From Planctomycetota bacterium (GTDB lineage: Bacteria > Planctomycetota > JAJSAM01 > JAJVHW01), in contig CBDFJG010000003.1 of NCBI GenBank assembly GCA_965248445.1, forward strand, positions 128,001 to 192,000: a stretch of 64,000 nt of DNA. Direction: 5' to 3'. The position numbers and the translations under genes are program-made. Position 1 is the first letter of the stretch. Each line of letters begins with the position of its first letter. This document shows positions 48,967 to 60,981 of this stretch, piece after piece. A model generated the notes under the pieces. That model was not told the DNA's origin, made no database searches, and saw only the letters and a list, made by a program, of their open reading frames with translations.

Positions 48967-49815
48967 TCACCCCCCTGCGAGGGCCGAGAGGAGCACCAGC
49001 CGGGCGTCCGCCTCGAGCGGGATGTCCAGGTCGTCCACGAACGTCATGGCATCGAGGCTCACGCGCCAGTGGCGGGCGGGGCAGCCGGTGATGTCGAGGA
49101 CGTCGGGAACCAGCGAGGGGTGGCGGTCGGCCAGCGCCAGCAGCGCGCCGTGGATCGTGTCCGCGTGCACGTGCGCCTCGGCGACGCCGGAACGCGCCCG
49201 TGCCAGGTCGAACAGCTCGATCGTCACCATCGGGAACGCATCGCGCAGCGCCGCTGTGTAGGCGTCCTCGTCGTTCAGGTTGCGCAGCGAGGAGAGGTCC
49301 GGGTCCACGCGGCGTAGCGCATCTTCGCCTACGCGCGCGGTGGGGACCTCGTCGTACAGGAACACCGGGCGCAGACGGCCCGCAGCCAGAAGCGCCGAGA
49401 GCGGTTCGACGACGGAGCGGCGGTAGACGGCACAGAGCGGATGCGTGAAGCCCTCGGACTCGGCGACGGCCACGTCGTGGTCTGCGAACTGCTCGAACAG
49501 CAGGTCGATCAGCGCCGGGCGCAGGAACGGCACGTCGCACGAGGTCGCGAACGCGTCGCCCTCGACGGCCCGGAGTCCGGGCACCAGGCCGCCGAGCGGA
49601 CCCTGGTCTGGCACCTCGTCACGCACCACGCGGACGTCGTCCGGCAGCGTCGGCAGCTCCTGTCCCGGCCGCGCCACGACGATGACCTCGTCGACGGCGT
49701 CGCCGACGACCGCGACGACGTGCTGCAACATGCGCTGCGAGCCGAAAGGCAGCCAGGCCTTGTCACGGCCCATACGCCGGCTGCGACCACCACAGAGTAC
49801 GAGGGCGCTTCTCAC
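48967..49815 (-). CDS. mobA: MobA (Mo-cofactor guanylyltransferase) fused to a MoaD/ThiS sulfur carrier
   Basis: LCGGRSRRMGRDKA, GPLGG, CDVPF, HPLCAVY, NLN; then a ubiquitin-like domain ending AGG. Confidence 0.85.
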   Translation of the reverse strand: MRSALVLCGGRSRRMGRDKAWLPFGSQRMLQHVVAVVGDAVDEVIVVARPGQELPTLPDDVRVVRDEVPDQGPLGGLVPGLRAVEGDAFATSCDVPFLRPALIDLLFEQFADHDVAVAESEGFTHPLCAVYRRSVVEPLSALLAAGRLRPVFLYDEVPTARVGEDALRRVDPDLSSLRNLNDEDAYTAALRDAFPMVTIELFDLARARSGVAEAHVHADTIHGALLALADRHPSLVPDVLDITGCPARHWRVSLDAMTFVDDLDIPLEADARLVLLSALAGG

Positions 49816-49913
49816 CGCGTCGACCCTACCGTCCGGCTTGGATCGACCCGCGCTCGCTCCCCGGGTGCTGCCGCGGCTGCTAGGCTGAGGGGGGACGGCG
49901 CGAGGAGGCGACG

Positions 49914-50435
49914 ATGCGGACTGTGGCCTTGCTGGGTGTTCTTCTTCTCCTGCCGGCGGCCTGCCGATCGCCGGAGCCGCCGCCCCCGAAGATCGTGATC
50001 CCGACGGCTTCGTTGCACCCCACGAACGAGGCCCTCCTGGAGTATCTCGGCGAACCGGTGCCGTGGCCGTCCGACGTGGAAGCGGCATTCACGGCGGAGG
50101 GGCACCGCGCGGCCTTCGCGGCGGCCTGCGAAGGCGTGGGAGCGGAGCTGCTGCGCTTCGAGACCGACGCCTCGGAGTTCCCCCTCGTCGTCGGCGTCGA
50201 CGTGGTCTATCGCGATGGGAGCCAGCACGCGGGAACCGTCGGCGGGGCACTGCCGTCGCCGTACGAGTGGTCCGGCGGGACGTCCTCGGCGTGGGACGAG
50301 GACGGACGTCGGCTCGGGCGAATCGTGTCGTGCGTGGTGCCGCTGGATGTCGTCGCTCCCGACCACTGGAACGCGGTCCTGCGTCGTCGAGGAGTTCGTG
50401 TGGATCGTCTCTACCAGGCCATGCGCGACGACTGA
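49914..50435 (+). CDS. Hypothetical lipoprotein
   Basis: GAGGAGG RBS; signal peptide ending PAAC. Confidence 0.65.
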   Translation: MRTVALLGVLLLLPAACRSPEPPPPKIVIPTASLHPTNEALLEYLGEPVPWPSDVEAAFTAEGHRAAFAAACEGVGAELLRFETDASEFPLVVGVDVVYRDGSQHAGTVGGALPSPYEWSGGTSSAWDEDGRRLGRIVSCVVPLDVVAPDHWNAVLRRRGVRVDRLYQAMRDD

Positions 50436-50439
50436 GCGA

Positions 50440-50948
50440 TCAGCCCTCGACCGTGGCCAGGAAGGCGTCGATCTCGGCGCGATCCCGCAGCACGATCACG
50501 CGATCCTCGCCAACGGCCTCGCGGGCCAGAGCCAGATGGTGCGGAACGCGCGTGCGGTTGAAGTTCAGCACGTACCAGAAGAACTCCCAGTCGACGCGCT
50601 CGATGCACCCCTCGGTCATCGACGAGCGCGTGCGGCCGCGGTACTCCCACCAGCGGGCGAAGATGCGCCAGACCGCGAGCGGTGTGGGGCTGGTCAGGAA
50701 CAGGACCGTGTCCGCACGGGCGAGCCGCACGTCGATCGAACTCGTGTAGTTACCGTCGGTGACCCAGGTGTCGCCGGCGAACTCCCCGAGCTGCTTCTCG
50801 CGGAACTCGTCCTTAGTCGCGTGTTCCCAACCCGGCGTCCAGTACAGCTTGTCGAGATGTACGACCGTGAGATCCAGTCGTTCACCGAGCCGCTGCGCCA
50901 GCGTCGACTTTCCCGCGCACGCAGCGCCCATGATCATGATGCGGCGCA

Positions 50949-50949
<1 letters not shown>
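50440..50949 (-). CDS. Adenylate-kinase-like P-loop protein (topology-modulation/FlaR-like)
   Basis: [27 protein letters not shown]. Confidence 0.85.
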
Positions 50950-52298
<1,349 letters not shown>

Positions 52299-52300
52299 CT

Positions 52301-53911
52301 TCAGGCCGACGTGCGCTTCGCCACGTCCTCCGGAAAGTGCTGCAAGACGCTGGTCGCCGGGTTGAGGACCACCTGGCCGAGCCCGCAGATGGACGTCAGG
52401 CGCAACACCTCGTCGAGTTCGGGGAACACGTCGAAGTCGTGCCCGTTGCCGTCGCCCGCCAGCACGCGGTCGAGGATGTTGACGGCCTTTTCGCTGCCGA
52501 CGCGGCACGGGACGCACTTGCCGCAAGACTCGTTGCGGAAGAAGCGCACTACGTTCGCCGCGAGGTCGAGCATGTCGGTGCCCTCGGCGATGTAGAGCAC
52601 CGCGCCCGAGCCGAGCATGCTGCCTGCCTTGTCCATTGCGTTCCACTCGAGTGGCGTGTCCTGCAACCCGGCCGGTAGGAACGGAGCGCTCGCACCACCC
52701 GGGCAGAACGCCTTCATCGCAGCGCCGCCGCGCATGCCGCCGCAGTACTCGTCGAGCAGTTCGCGCACCGTGGTGCCCATCGGAACGCAATACACGTCCG
52801 GCTTCTCGATGTGGCCCGCCACCGACAGGAACTTCCAGCCCGTGCCGCCGTTCTTGCCGTGCGCCTTCCACGCGTCGGCGCCCTCGCTCAGGATGGTCGG
52901 GACGAACGAGTAGGTCTCGACGTTGTTCATCAGAGTGGGCTTGCCGTGGATGCCGTGATCGGTCGGATAGGGCGGTTTGTTGCGCGGCTCGCCCCGCTTG
53001 CCTTCGAGCGCCTCGATCAGCGCCGTCTCCTCGCCCAGGATGTAGCCGCCCGGCGAGACGAAGATCCACGCGTTGACGCCCAGGTCATCCAGCAGGCCGA
53101 GATCTCGGACGCGATCGATCTCTCGCTGCATCGCCTTACGCTCGCGCTCGTACTCGTGTCGGATGTAGACGATGCCCTCGTCGGCTCCTCCAACGAGGCA
53201 GCCGAGCAGCAGGCCCTCGACGACCAGGTGGGCGAGCTCCTCGAGGATCACGCGGTCCTTGAACGTGCCGGGCTCGGACTCGTCGGCGTTGACGACCGCG
53301 TACTTTTTGTCGCCCGCGGCGTCGCGGACGAAGCGCCACTTCATGCCGGTGGGGAAGCCCGCGCCGCCCATGCCCTTGAGCTCCGCGTCCTGCAGGATCT
53401 TGGGGATCTCCTGCCGCGCGTTCTCGACGTCGGCCATGTACCGCCGCAGGACCGAGTAGTGATCGTCCGACGACTCGTACGGGTCGCTGGCCCACTTGCG
53501 CGGGGCGCTGGTCGGCTCGTCCGGCGGGATCGGCTTGTCGCCCTTGGCGGCCGCGATCACGTCCGCCGCGCTCCAGCTCTCGAGCGGGACGTCGTCCACG
53601 CACGCTGCGGGGGCGACCTCGCAGCGACCGAGGCAGCTGACCTCCTCGACCTCGACGTCCAGCGTGCCGGAGAGTCCGGCTCGAATCGCGGCGATGTAGC
53701 TGCAGCCGTCCGCGATGTGGCACGCCATGTCGCGGCAGATCGCGACGGTGGACCGCGGCGGCGGCGTGGTGCGGTAGTGCGGGTAGAAGCTCGTGACCGC
53801 CTGCAGCTGATACAGCGGGATCAGCGTCTCGCCGGAGAACGCGCTGAGCGTCTCCTCGGACAGCCACCCGTGGCGGTGCTGCAGTTCGGTCAGCTGCTGG
53901 AGCAGGTTCAT
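52301..53911 (-). CDS. NuoE/NuoF-like fused NAD(H)-binding flavoprotein subunit
   Basis: N-terminal 2Fe-2S cysteines; [46 protein letters not shown]. Confidence 0.9.
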   Translation of the reverse strand: MNLLQQLTELQHRHGWLSEETLSAFSGETLIPLYQLQAVTSFYPHYRTTPPPRSTVAICRDMACHIADGCSYIAAIRAGLSGTLDVEVEEVSCLGRCEVAPAACVDDVPLESWSAADVIAAAKGDKPIPPDEPTSAPRKWASDPYESSDDHYSVLRRYMADVENARQEIPKILQDAELKGMGGAGFPTGMKWRFVRDAAGDKKYAVVNADESEPGTFKDRVILEELAHLVVEGLLLGCLVGGADEGIVYIRHEYERERKAMQREIDRVRDLGLLDDLGVNAWIFVSPGGYILGEETALIEALEGKRGEPRNKPPYPTDHGIHGKPTLMNNVETYSFVPTILSEGADAWKAHGKNGGTGWKFLSVAGHIEKPDVYCVPMGTTVRELLDEYCGGMRGGAAMKAFCPGGASAPFLPAGLQDTPLEWNAMDKAGSMLGSGAVLYIAEGTDMLDLAANVVRFFRNESCGKCVPCRVGSEKAVNILDRVLAGDGNGHDFDVFPELDEVLRLTSICGLGQVVLNPATSVLQHFPEDVAKRTSA

Positions 53912-55192
53912 TCCGCGTCCCCGTCGTCCTCGTCTTCCTCGTCGTCGTCAGGATAGTCCCACGGCTGTGGGTTCTGCGCGAGGAGTTGGGCCCGCACCAT
54001 CCCGTCGATCTCGTCCTCCCGGTACAGGCGCGTCACGAGATCCGAGCCGCCGAAGTAGAAGAGCTCGTGCTTCATGGCGAGCCAGCGTGCCGGCGGGGCC
54101 GGCAGACCGCGTGCGACGTTCTCGGTCGTGGCCGTCTCGACCACCAGCCAACCATCGCGCCTCACGACGCCTCGTAGCGCACGCAGCAGTTCCCGATCGC
54201 GGTAGTGGATCATGGTGACGACGTCGTAGCCGTCTTCGGGGATCGGGAGTCCGCGGGCACCTCGACGCAGATCGTGCTCGACGGTCTTGACGCGATCCGC
54301 GACGCCGCGTGCTTCGGCCAGCGCGCGCACCTTCGCCAGCGCCACTGGAGAGATGTCCACGGCCGTGACGTGCAGGCCGCGCTCGGCCAGGAAGACCGCG
54401 TCACCTCCGTCACCACACGCGATGTCCAATGCACGCCCCGCGCGCGGAAGCCGGTCCGCGACCTCGGAGAGGAAGGCCGACGGGCTGCCGTCGCGACGGA
54501 AGCCCTCGACACCGTGTCGCTCATCCCAGCGCTCGCGGTCGTCATGTACTGGCTCCAGCAGCACGATGCGGAGGTCCTGAACGTTCGTGAGATCCGTGCG
54601 TTCCGAGATCGTCTCTGCAGCCCAGGCCACGGTGTAGCTCGCGCATTGCTCGACGGCTCGAACCGGATCCAGTTCGAGGTCGCGCGCTCGCTCCATATGC
54701 TCGTGACGGAAGAGGGTGCCCGCGTTGCCGCGGTCGCCGTCCTCTCCATCGGTGGCGATCACTGCCGACGAGTACCGGTCAACAAGGGACTCCTCGGCGT
54801 CCATCCGCACCGCCATCGCCAGGGCGAGATGAGTCGCGCGGCCGCCGGTCTGATGGTGCTCCGGCAGCCGTACGGTTGTCTCGCCGACGGACACGACAGC
54901 GCTGCTCTCTGCGCTCTCGGCCAATTCCCTCGCCGCCGTGACGTGTGCGGCGGCCACGTCGTCGGCGGATCCGGAGAGGCGGCCGAGAGCCACGACCCGG
55001 CGGCCGGCTGCGGCGAGGCTCTCCACGGCCGCATCGTGCGCGTCCTGCGGGTTGCCGACCACGTGACACGGCGCGGGGGGCGCGGACCCCGGCACGCTCG
55101 TACGCACCGCGTCCTGCACCGAGAGCGGCAGAGCCTCCCAGGCGCCGATCTCGCGGACCGAGGTCTCGATCTCGGCGCCGGGGCGTCGTAAC
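53908..55192 (-). pseudogene. 5'-truncated glycerate-kinase (MOFRL) domain fused to a class I SAM methyltransferase
   Basis: GETTV, GGR, ATDGEDG, TNVQDL; then WDER...ALDIACGDG...VDIS; the frame is open up to the IS1595 end. Confidence 0.75.
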
Positions 55193-56238
55193 CATGGGTA
55201 TCGGGATAACGACCGTACCCCCTACATCTTGTGGTGTGGCGTCCGGCCTCGCACGCGCTCTCCGGCGTAGACGTCGCCGTAGCCGTGCGGAGGCGCCTTC
55301 GCGGCGATCCCGAGCAGGGTCTGGAACGCGGCCTGCGGCGTCTTGCGACGGTTGAAGCGGAAGACGAACTCGTCGAGGTAGCGCTGCAGGTGCTTCTTCG
55401 ATACGCCACCGTGGTGGGTCCCCGACAGCCACGTCTTCAGGTTGGCGAAGACCATGTGGAGGTGCCCCAGGACGTCGGCCTGCGCATCGCCGATCGATGT
55501 TGATTCCACACCGTGTTCATAGCCCGCTTCCTCGAGCACTGCGTACGTCTCGTGGCCGTCGGTGACCACCAGCGACGACGGCTCGACGACATCCTTCACG
55601 AAGCCGATCAGTTTCTCTTTCTTCGCGCGGGCCACGTGCCGCAGTCGCGCGCGGCCGGGCTGCAGACCGCCCTTCTTCGTCGGGCGCACCTCGACTGCTC
55701 CCACGACTACGGCCTTGTCCAAAGGCGTGCGTTCGGGGCGGCCGCGGTACGGCGCGCCGATCAATGTCTCATCGACCTCCACGACGCCGTGGAGCGGGCG
55801 CCTCTCGGGAGCGACCATCGCGGTCCGCAGTTTCTGCAGCAGCTGATAGGCTGTCTCGTAGCAGCCAAACCCCAACTGGCGCTGGAGCGCGAGTGCTGAG
55901 ATGCCGCGCTTGTCGGTAGACACCATGTACGCGGCCCACAACCACGTGCGCAGCGGCAGCCGGCTGTGGTGCATGACCGTCCCGGCGGTGACCGACGTGA
56001 TCAGATCACACGCCGCGCAGCGCAGTCCCTTGCGGTCGGGGCGCGGCCACGACTTCGCGCCGCCGCAACGTCGGCAGCGAAACCCATCGGGCCAACGGCA
56101 GCGCACGACGTAGTCCAAGCACTGCTGCTCGGTGGCGAACTGGCGCGTGAATTCCAGGATGCTGCCAGGGTAGCCGGGGCGCGCCACAGGGCACAGACAC
56201 TACATCTAGTGGCTACGGTCGTCAACCCGATACCCATG
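55193..56238 (-). mobile_element. IS1595-family element (ISSod11-like ends)
   Basis: Imperfect IR CATGGGTATCGGG(AT/TT)(A/G)ACGACCGTA; no 8-bp target duplication. Confidence 0.85.
55222..56187 (-). CDS. IS1595-family transposase
   Basis: RWPDGFRCxxC, CxxC, SVTAGT, VEVDE, VTDG, KHLQRYLDEFVFRFNRR. Confidence 0.95.
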   Translation of the reverse strand: MARPGYPGSILEFTRQFATEQQCLDYVVRCRWPDGFRCRRCGGAKSWPRPDRKGLRCAACDLITSVTAGTVMHHSRLPLRTWLWAAYMVSTDKRGISALALQRQLGFGCYETAYQLLQKLRTAMVAPERRPLHGVVEVDETLIGAPYRGRPERTPLDKAVVVGAVEVRPTKKGGLQPGRARLRHVARAKKEKLIGFVKDVVEPSSLVVTDGHETYAVLEEAGYEHGVESTSIGDAQADVLGHLHMVFANLKTWLSGTHHGGVSKKHLQRYLDEFVFRFNRRKTPQAAFQTLLGIAAKAPPHGYGDVYAGERVRGRTPHHKM

Positions 56239-56239
56239 G

Positions 56240-57231
56240 GGCCGCCCGCGTCGGCGGACGCTCGCGAACTTGCCACCCCGGCGGGTCCCGCGGTCTTCGT
56301 TCCCCCCGTTCGCTTCCGTCCGGCATCCGGAACACGGCGCCGTTCCCGTCCCAGGCGAGAAACGAGATCAGCCCTGCGTCCAGCATCACGTGGTGATCGC
56401 CGCCGCCCTGGACGATGTTGGCGAGCGTGCTCGCTCCGCCGGCAGCCACCGGCCGTGCGTGCATGGACTCCAGTCCCAGCCGGTTGTCGCACCGCGGGAC
56501 CTCGCACCGGTCGCCGGATCGAGCGCGCACGGCCGCCTTGACCGCCGCGCTGATGTACCGCCGCCCTGGAGTCGCCTGAGCCGACTCCGCGTTCGCGCAA
56601 CCGCGCGTCTTCGTGAGGGTCGGATCGTGGCGAGTCAGGTACTCGTCGGTGACGACGCGCAGGGCCTGACCGTTGGTCAGTGCGCCGTCTGCTCTACGCG
56701 GGGCCAGCGCCCGCGCGCGCCGGAACCGATCGCGTGTGGACTTGGTGACGGCGAACGCCATGCAAATCACCGCGTCACCCTGCGCGAATGATTCGAGCCG
56801 CACGCACACTTCTCTCCGGAGCACCCGGGGTGAGACCTTCGCAGCCCGGTCGAGGAGCGCGTTCGCCGTGGCGAGCAACTCGGGCTGCCGCTCCGGCCTT
56901 CTGGAACACCCTGCCGACCTCTGCTGCGGCGTGCGGCGTCACGCGTCCGTCGCGCAGCGATGCCTCGGCTTTGGGGGGCGGCTCGGATCGTCATGCCGAG
57001 ACGGAGGAGCATCAACCCGTCGTCGCGCGAGAGGCCCTTGGTCACCGTGAACTCGACAGCGGTCGCGCAACCCGAGCGCCGGTACGACTTGGACCGGTGG
57101 ATGCGCGCCAGCGCATTCCCGATGCGCACCCGCGACTCGTGCAGCGCGCGCACACCGCGCTCGAGTTCGGCCCGCGCGCCGGAGTCGCTCCCCGCCACTC
57201 GTCGCAGTCTGTCAGCCCGGATCTGCATCAC
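56240..57231 (-). pseudogene. Degenerate HNH endonuclease gene (DUF222/13E12-like architecture)
   Basis: RRYISAAVKAAVRAR..DRCEVPRC...H..P.A.GG....N; the N-terminal half is in a different frame and the second CxxC is lost. Confidence 0.65.
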
Positions 57232-57315
57232 GACCGGAGGGTATCACGAGATACAGACATATGTCCGTGCTCGACGCTTGCCCCGGAGCGTGCTTCGTCC
57301 TGCTACCGTCGCTCG

Positions 57316-60300
57316 ATCGAGACCACCACACTCGGCCCGTACCGCATCGAATCGGAGCTCGGCTCCGGCGGGATGGGGAAGGTCTACGCCGCCGTCGTGG
57401 ACGGGCGCGTGCCGGGACTCGACGAGGGCACCCGCGTCGCGCTGAAGGTCGTGCACGCGCATCTGCTGGAGACACCTGGCTTCTTCAAGCGCTTCCTGCG
57501 CGAAGCGGAGATCGGGAAGACCGTCCGCCACAAGAACGTCGTGCGCACCTACGACTGCGACGCGACGGGCGGCCAGCACTTCATCGCGATGGAGTATGTC
57601 GAGGGACAGACGCTGCGGGAGTTGCTCAACGAGCTGCGCCGCGTCCCCGAGGAACTCTGCCGCCACATCGGACACGAGGTCGCGTGCGGTCTGGCGGCGA
57701 TCCACGCCGCCGGTGCGATCCACCGCGACATGAAGCCAGAGAACGTGCTGATCACCGAAGAGCACGTCGTCAAGGTGATGGACTTGGGGGTCGCGCGGCT
57801 GGCCGACGACGCTTTCCGGCTGTCGAAGACCGGCACGTTCATCGGGTCGCTGCACTACGCGGCACCGGAGAGCTTCCAGGACGACGGGGCGCAGATCGAC
57901 GGGCGCGTCGACCTCCACGCGCTCGGCCTCGTGCTCTACGAACTCGCCAGCGGATCCAATCCGTATCTCGCCGAGGACCTCCCGAGGACGATTCAGAAGG
58001 TGCTCGGGGAGGAACCGCGCAAGCTCGGTGACGTCAACCCGCAGCTGAGTCCGTTCTTCGAAGAGGTCGTGCACACACTCCTCGAGAAGGACCGCGAGAA
58101 ACGGTTCTCCTCGGCCGACGAACTCGCGCGCCTGCTGGCCGATGGCGAGGACTCCGCGTGGTGGCATCGCCGCGCTTCGGTGATTCGCACCGTCACCAAG
58201 CGGCCGCTCCGCCGCATCCGCATCCCGCGGGAGACCGCGGTCTACGGACGCGAGAACGAACTCACGAGGCTCCGCGCGCTCTACGACGCGGCGCGGTGCG
58301 GCGAAGGCAACGTCGTCCTGATCGCGGGCGAGGCCGGGATCGGCAAGTCGCGCCTCGTGGACGAACTGATCGGGCGGATGCAGCGGGACGGCGAGGACAT
58401 CAACTTCCTCTTCGGCTCCTACCCGCCGGGCGGCGCGGCGACGGCGGCCGGCGGAATCTCGACGGCGTACCGCGAGCAGTTCGGGGAGGAAGGCTGTGCG
58501 GACTACTTGACGACGACACCCGTTCTCGTGCCCGCCTTCGACGCGCTGCTGCGCGGCGAGCCGCCGCCCGAAGGCAGGGAGAGGCTCACCAAAGACTCCC
58601 TCCAGACCTGCTTTGTCAATGCCACGCGCGCACTCGGCACCGAGCGTCCGACGGTCGTCCTGATCGACGACCTGCACTTCGCGCCGGAGGAGGGACGCGC
58701 GCTCTTCACGTCGCTGGCGATGGCCGTGGCGGGACACCGCGTGCTACTGATCGGGACGACCCGACCGGGCGTCGCGGACGACTGGGTGTCCGGGCTCACG
58801 CGGCTCGACCAGACCAGCCAGTTGGCGCTGCAACGCCTGGGACCAAAGGACCTGGTGCAACTGTTGAAGGACACGCTCGAGTCCGAGCAGTTGGCCCGCG
58901 ACCTCTCCGCCCAGATCGCGGAGAAGTCCGACGGCAACCCGTTCTTCGTCTTCGAGATCCTGCAGGGTCTGCGCGAAGGGCAGTTCATCACGCAAGACGA
59001 CGACGGCACTTGGGTCGGCACGAAGGTCGTGGGCGACATCCAGATCCCATCGTCGGTGCTGGACCTGGTGAAGGCCCGTGTGGCAGGTCTCAGTGAAGAG
59101 GAGCGAGACCTCCTCGACGTGGCGTGCTGCTGGGGCTTCGAGTTCGATCCGGGGTTGATCGGTGACGTGCTGGGACTCGGGCGCATCCCGACGCTGAAAC
59201 GGTTCGGACAGCTGGAGCGCGCGCATCGCCTCGTGCGTGCCGCCGGTCGGACGATGGTGTTCGATCATCACCAGGTCCAGGAGGCGCTCTACGGAAGCCT
59301 CCTCGAGCAACTTCGCGAGGAGTACCACGCCGCTCTCGCGGCAGCCTTGGAGACCCGTACCAACGCCGCCGACCAGGATCCCGAGACCCTCGACGGCGCG
59401 CTCTGCGTGGACCTTTGCGAGCACTTCCTCGAGGGCGCACGCGGCGAGTCCGCGCTGCGCTACCTCCCCGCGGCGCAGCGGCACCTCGCCAGGGGCTACC
59501 TGCATGCGCAGGTGGTCTCGCTGACCGAGCGCGCCCTGGCGGTCCCGGGGCTTCTAGGGGGCAGCGAGCGCGCCAAGACGCTGCTGCTGTTGGCTCACGC
59601 CCTCGACCTGATGGGGCGCCGGGCACGCCAGGAAGAGTGCGCAAGGGAGGCCGAACAGCTCGCGGAGGAAGCGGGCGACGACGAAGTCCGCGAGACGGCG
59701 GCGCGGGCGCTCGGCGTCGTCCTCGGCGGCACCGCGCGGTTTGCGGGGGCCGAGGCGGCGCTCCGCCGAGCGCTCGAGATCGCGGTTGCGCGCGGCGACC
59801 GAAAGACCGAAGCGGCGGCCATGGGAAACCTGGGAAGCGTCTTCGGGTCCTTGGGCCGCCTGCACGAGGCGCGGAGGTACATGGAGCGGCATCTCGCTCT
59901 CTCCCGCGAGAGCGGCTACCGACGTGGCGAGGCCATCGCCATGGGGAACCTGGGCAACGTCCTTCTGTCCTTGGGCAAACTGCCCGAGGCGCGGGAGCAC
60001 ATGGAGCGGCAACTCGCGCTCTCCCGCGAGATCGGGTACCGGCAGGGGGAGGCCAACGCAACGGGAAGTCTGGGCAAGGTCTTCACCGCCTTGGGCCGCC
60101 TGCCGGAGGCGCAGGAGCAGATGGAGCGGCATCTTGCGCTCTCCCGAGCGATCGCGGACCGACACGGCGAGGCCGTCGCCGTGGGAAACCTGGGCAACAT
60201 CTTCGCGACCCTGGGCCGCCTGTCCGATGCGCGGGGGCACTTCGAGCGGTACATCGCGATCTCCCGTGAGATCGGGCACCGGCGTGGCGAAGGCGTTGCG

Positions 60301-60831
60301 CTGCACAACCTGGGACTGGTGCTGCGACAGGAGCGCGATTTCGCGCGCGCGCAGGAGCGTCTTCAGGGCTGCCTGTCGGTGTGCGAGGAGATCGGGGACC
60401 GGCACCTGGCGGCGCAGACGCAACTCGCTCTGGGATCCCTCCAGGCCGCCACGGGAGATGGGTCCAGGGGTCGAGTGGCGCTCGAGGCGGCGCGAGATGT
60501 GGCGGCAGAGAACGGGTTCCCCGATTACGAGACGCTCGCGCGCTGCGAGCTGGCATGTCTCCCCGGCAGCGATGCCGCGGACGCGCTCGCGGCCTTCGCG
60601 GAGAACGGCGATCGACTCGACGTGCAGCGGCGCCGCGAGGCGCGCTGGCTGCTCTTCCGCGCGACCGGCGACCGCGCGCATCTCGCAGAGGCCAAGCGCC
60701 TGCTGGACGAGTGGGTGGCGCACGTCGACGAGGAGACGCGGCAGACGATGCTCACGAACCTCCGCCTGAACCGCGAGATCATGGCGGCGTGGGACGACGG
60801 GGAGAACGATGGGGTGAGTGACGGGATTTGA
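57316..60831 (+). CDS. Ser/Thr kinase - P-loop ATPase (AAA_16-like) - TPR protein; start codon uncertain
   Basis: LGSGGMGKVY, ALK, HRDMKPEN, DLG, YAAPE; GRENEL, GEAGIGKS, IDDLHF, GNPFF; 40-aa TPRs. Confidence 0.9.
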   Translation: METTTLGPYRIESELGSGGMGKVYAAVVDGRVPGLDEGTRVALKVVHAHLLETPGFFKRFLREAEIGKTVRHKNVVRTYDCDATGGQHFIAMEYVEGQTLRELLNELRRVPEELCRHIGHEVACGLAAIHAAGAIHRDMKPENVLITEEHVVKVMDLGVARLADDAFRLSKTGTFIGSLHYAAPESFQDDGAQIDGRVDLHALGLVLYELASGSNPYLAEDLPRTIQKVLGEEPRKLGDVNPQLSPFFEEVVHTLLEKDREKRFSSADELARLLADGEDSAWWHRRASVIRTVTKRPLRRIRIPRETAVYGRENELTRLRALYDAARCGEGNVVLIAGEAGIGKSRLVDELIGRMQRDGEDINFLFGSYPPGGAATAAGGISTAYREQFGEEGCADYLTTTPVLVPAFDALLRGEPPPEGRERLTKDSLQTCFVNATRALGTERPTVVLIDDLHFAPEEGRALFTSLAMAVAGHRVLLIGTTRPGVADDWVSGLTRLDQTSQLALQRLGPKDLVQLLKDTLESEQLARDLSAQIAEKSDGNPFFVFEILQGLREGQFITQDDDGTWVGTKVVGDIQIPSSVLDLVKARVAGLSEEERDLLDVACCWGFEFDPGLIGDVLGLGRIPTLKRFGQLERAHRLVRAAGRTMVFDHHQVQEALYGSLLEQLREEYHAALAAALETRTNAADQDPETLDGALCVDLCEHFLEGARGESALRYLPAAQRHLARGYLHAQVVSLTERALAVPGLLGGSERAKTLLLLAHALDLMGRRARQEECAREAEQLAEEAGDDEVRETAARALGVVLGGTARFAGAEAALRRALEIAVARGDRKTEAAAMGNLGSVFGSLGRLHEARRYMERHLALSRESGYRRGEAIAMGNLGNVLLSLGKLPEAREHMERQLALSREIGYRQGEANATGSLGKVFTALGRLPEAQEQMERHLALSRAIADRHGEAVAVGNLGNIFATLGRLSDARGHFERYIAISREIGHRRGEGVALHNLGLVLRQERDFARAQERLQGCLSVCEEIGDRHLAAQTQLALGSLQAATGDGSRGRVALEAARDVAAENGFPDYETLARCELACLPGSDAADALAAFAENGDRLDVQRRREARWLLFRATGDRAHLAEAKRLLDEWVAHVDEETRQTMLTNLRLNREIMAAWDDGENDGVSDGI
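59790..60400 (+). repeat. 120-bp period TPR-coding repeats, about 5 copies
   Basis: Related blocks (G)N/S-L-G...LG.L.EA...ER at 59821, 59941, 60061, 60181, 60301. Confidence 0.85.
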
Positions 60832-60888
60832 ACCCGCGACCTCCTATGCCACAGACAGGCGCTCTAACCAAGCTGAGCTACACCCACC
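60810..60888 (-). tRNA. tRNA-His(GUG)
   Basis: Full cloverleaf with G-1, anticodon arm CCTGT-CTGTGGC-ATAGG, T-loop TTCAAAT, C73 and encoded CCA. Confidence 0.96.
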
Positions 60889-60981
60889 ATCGTGTCGTTC
60901 GTCGTCTAGACGGCTGCTGCAATCGCGTCATCTTCGTCAGAAGATGAGCCAAACAGCACTGAACAGCCGGCTTCGCCGGCA

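Noticed and set aside
55193..56238. CATG as a 4-bp target duplication of IS1595
   Set aside because: CATG is palindromic and fits equally as part of the terminal IR; the two flanks belong to unrelated truncated genes
59790..60400. Regular 120-bp repeats as a CRISPR array or DGR
   Set aside because: They are in-frame TPR-coding repeats without unique spacers; no cas or reverse transcriptase gene is in the window
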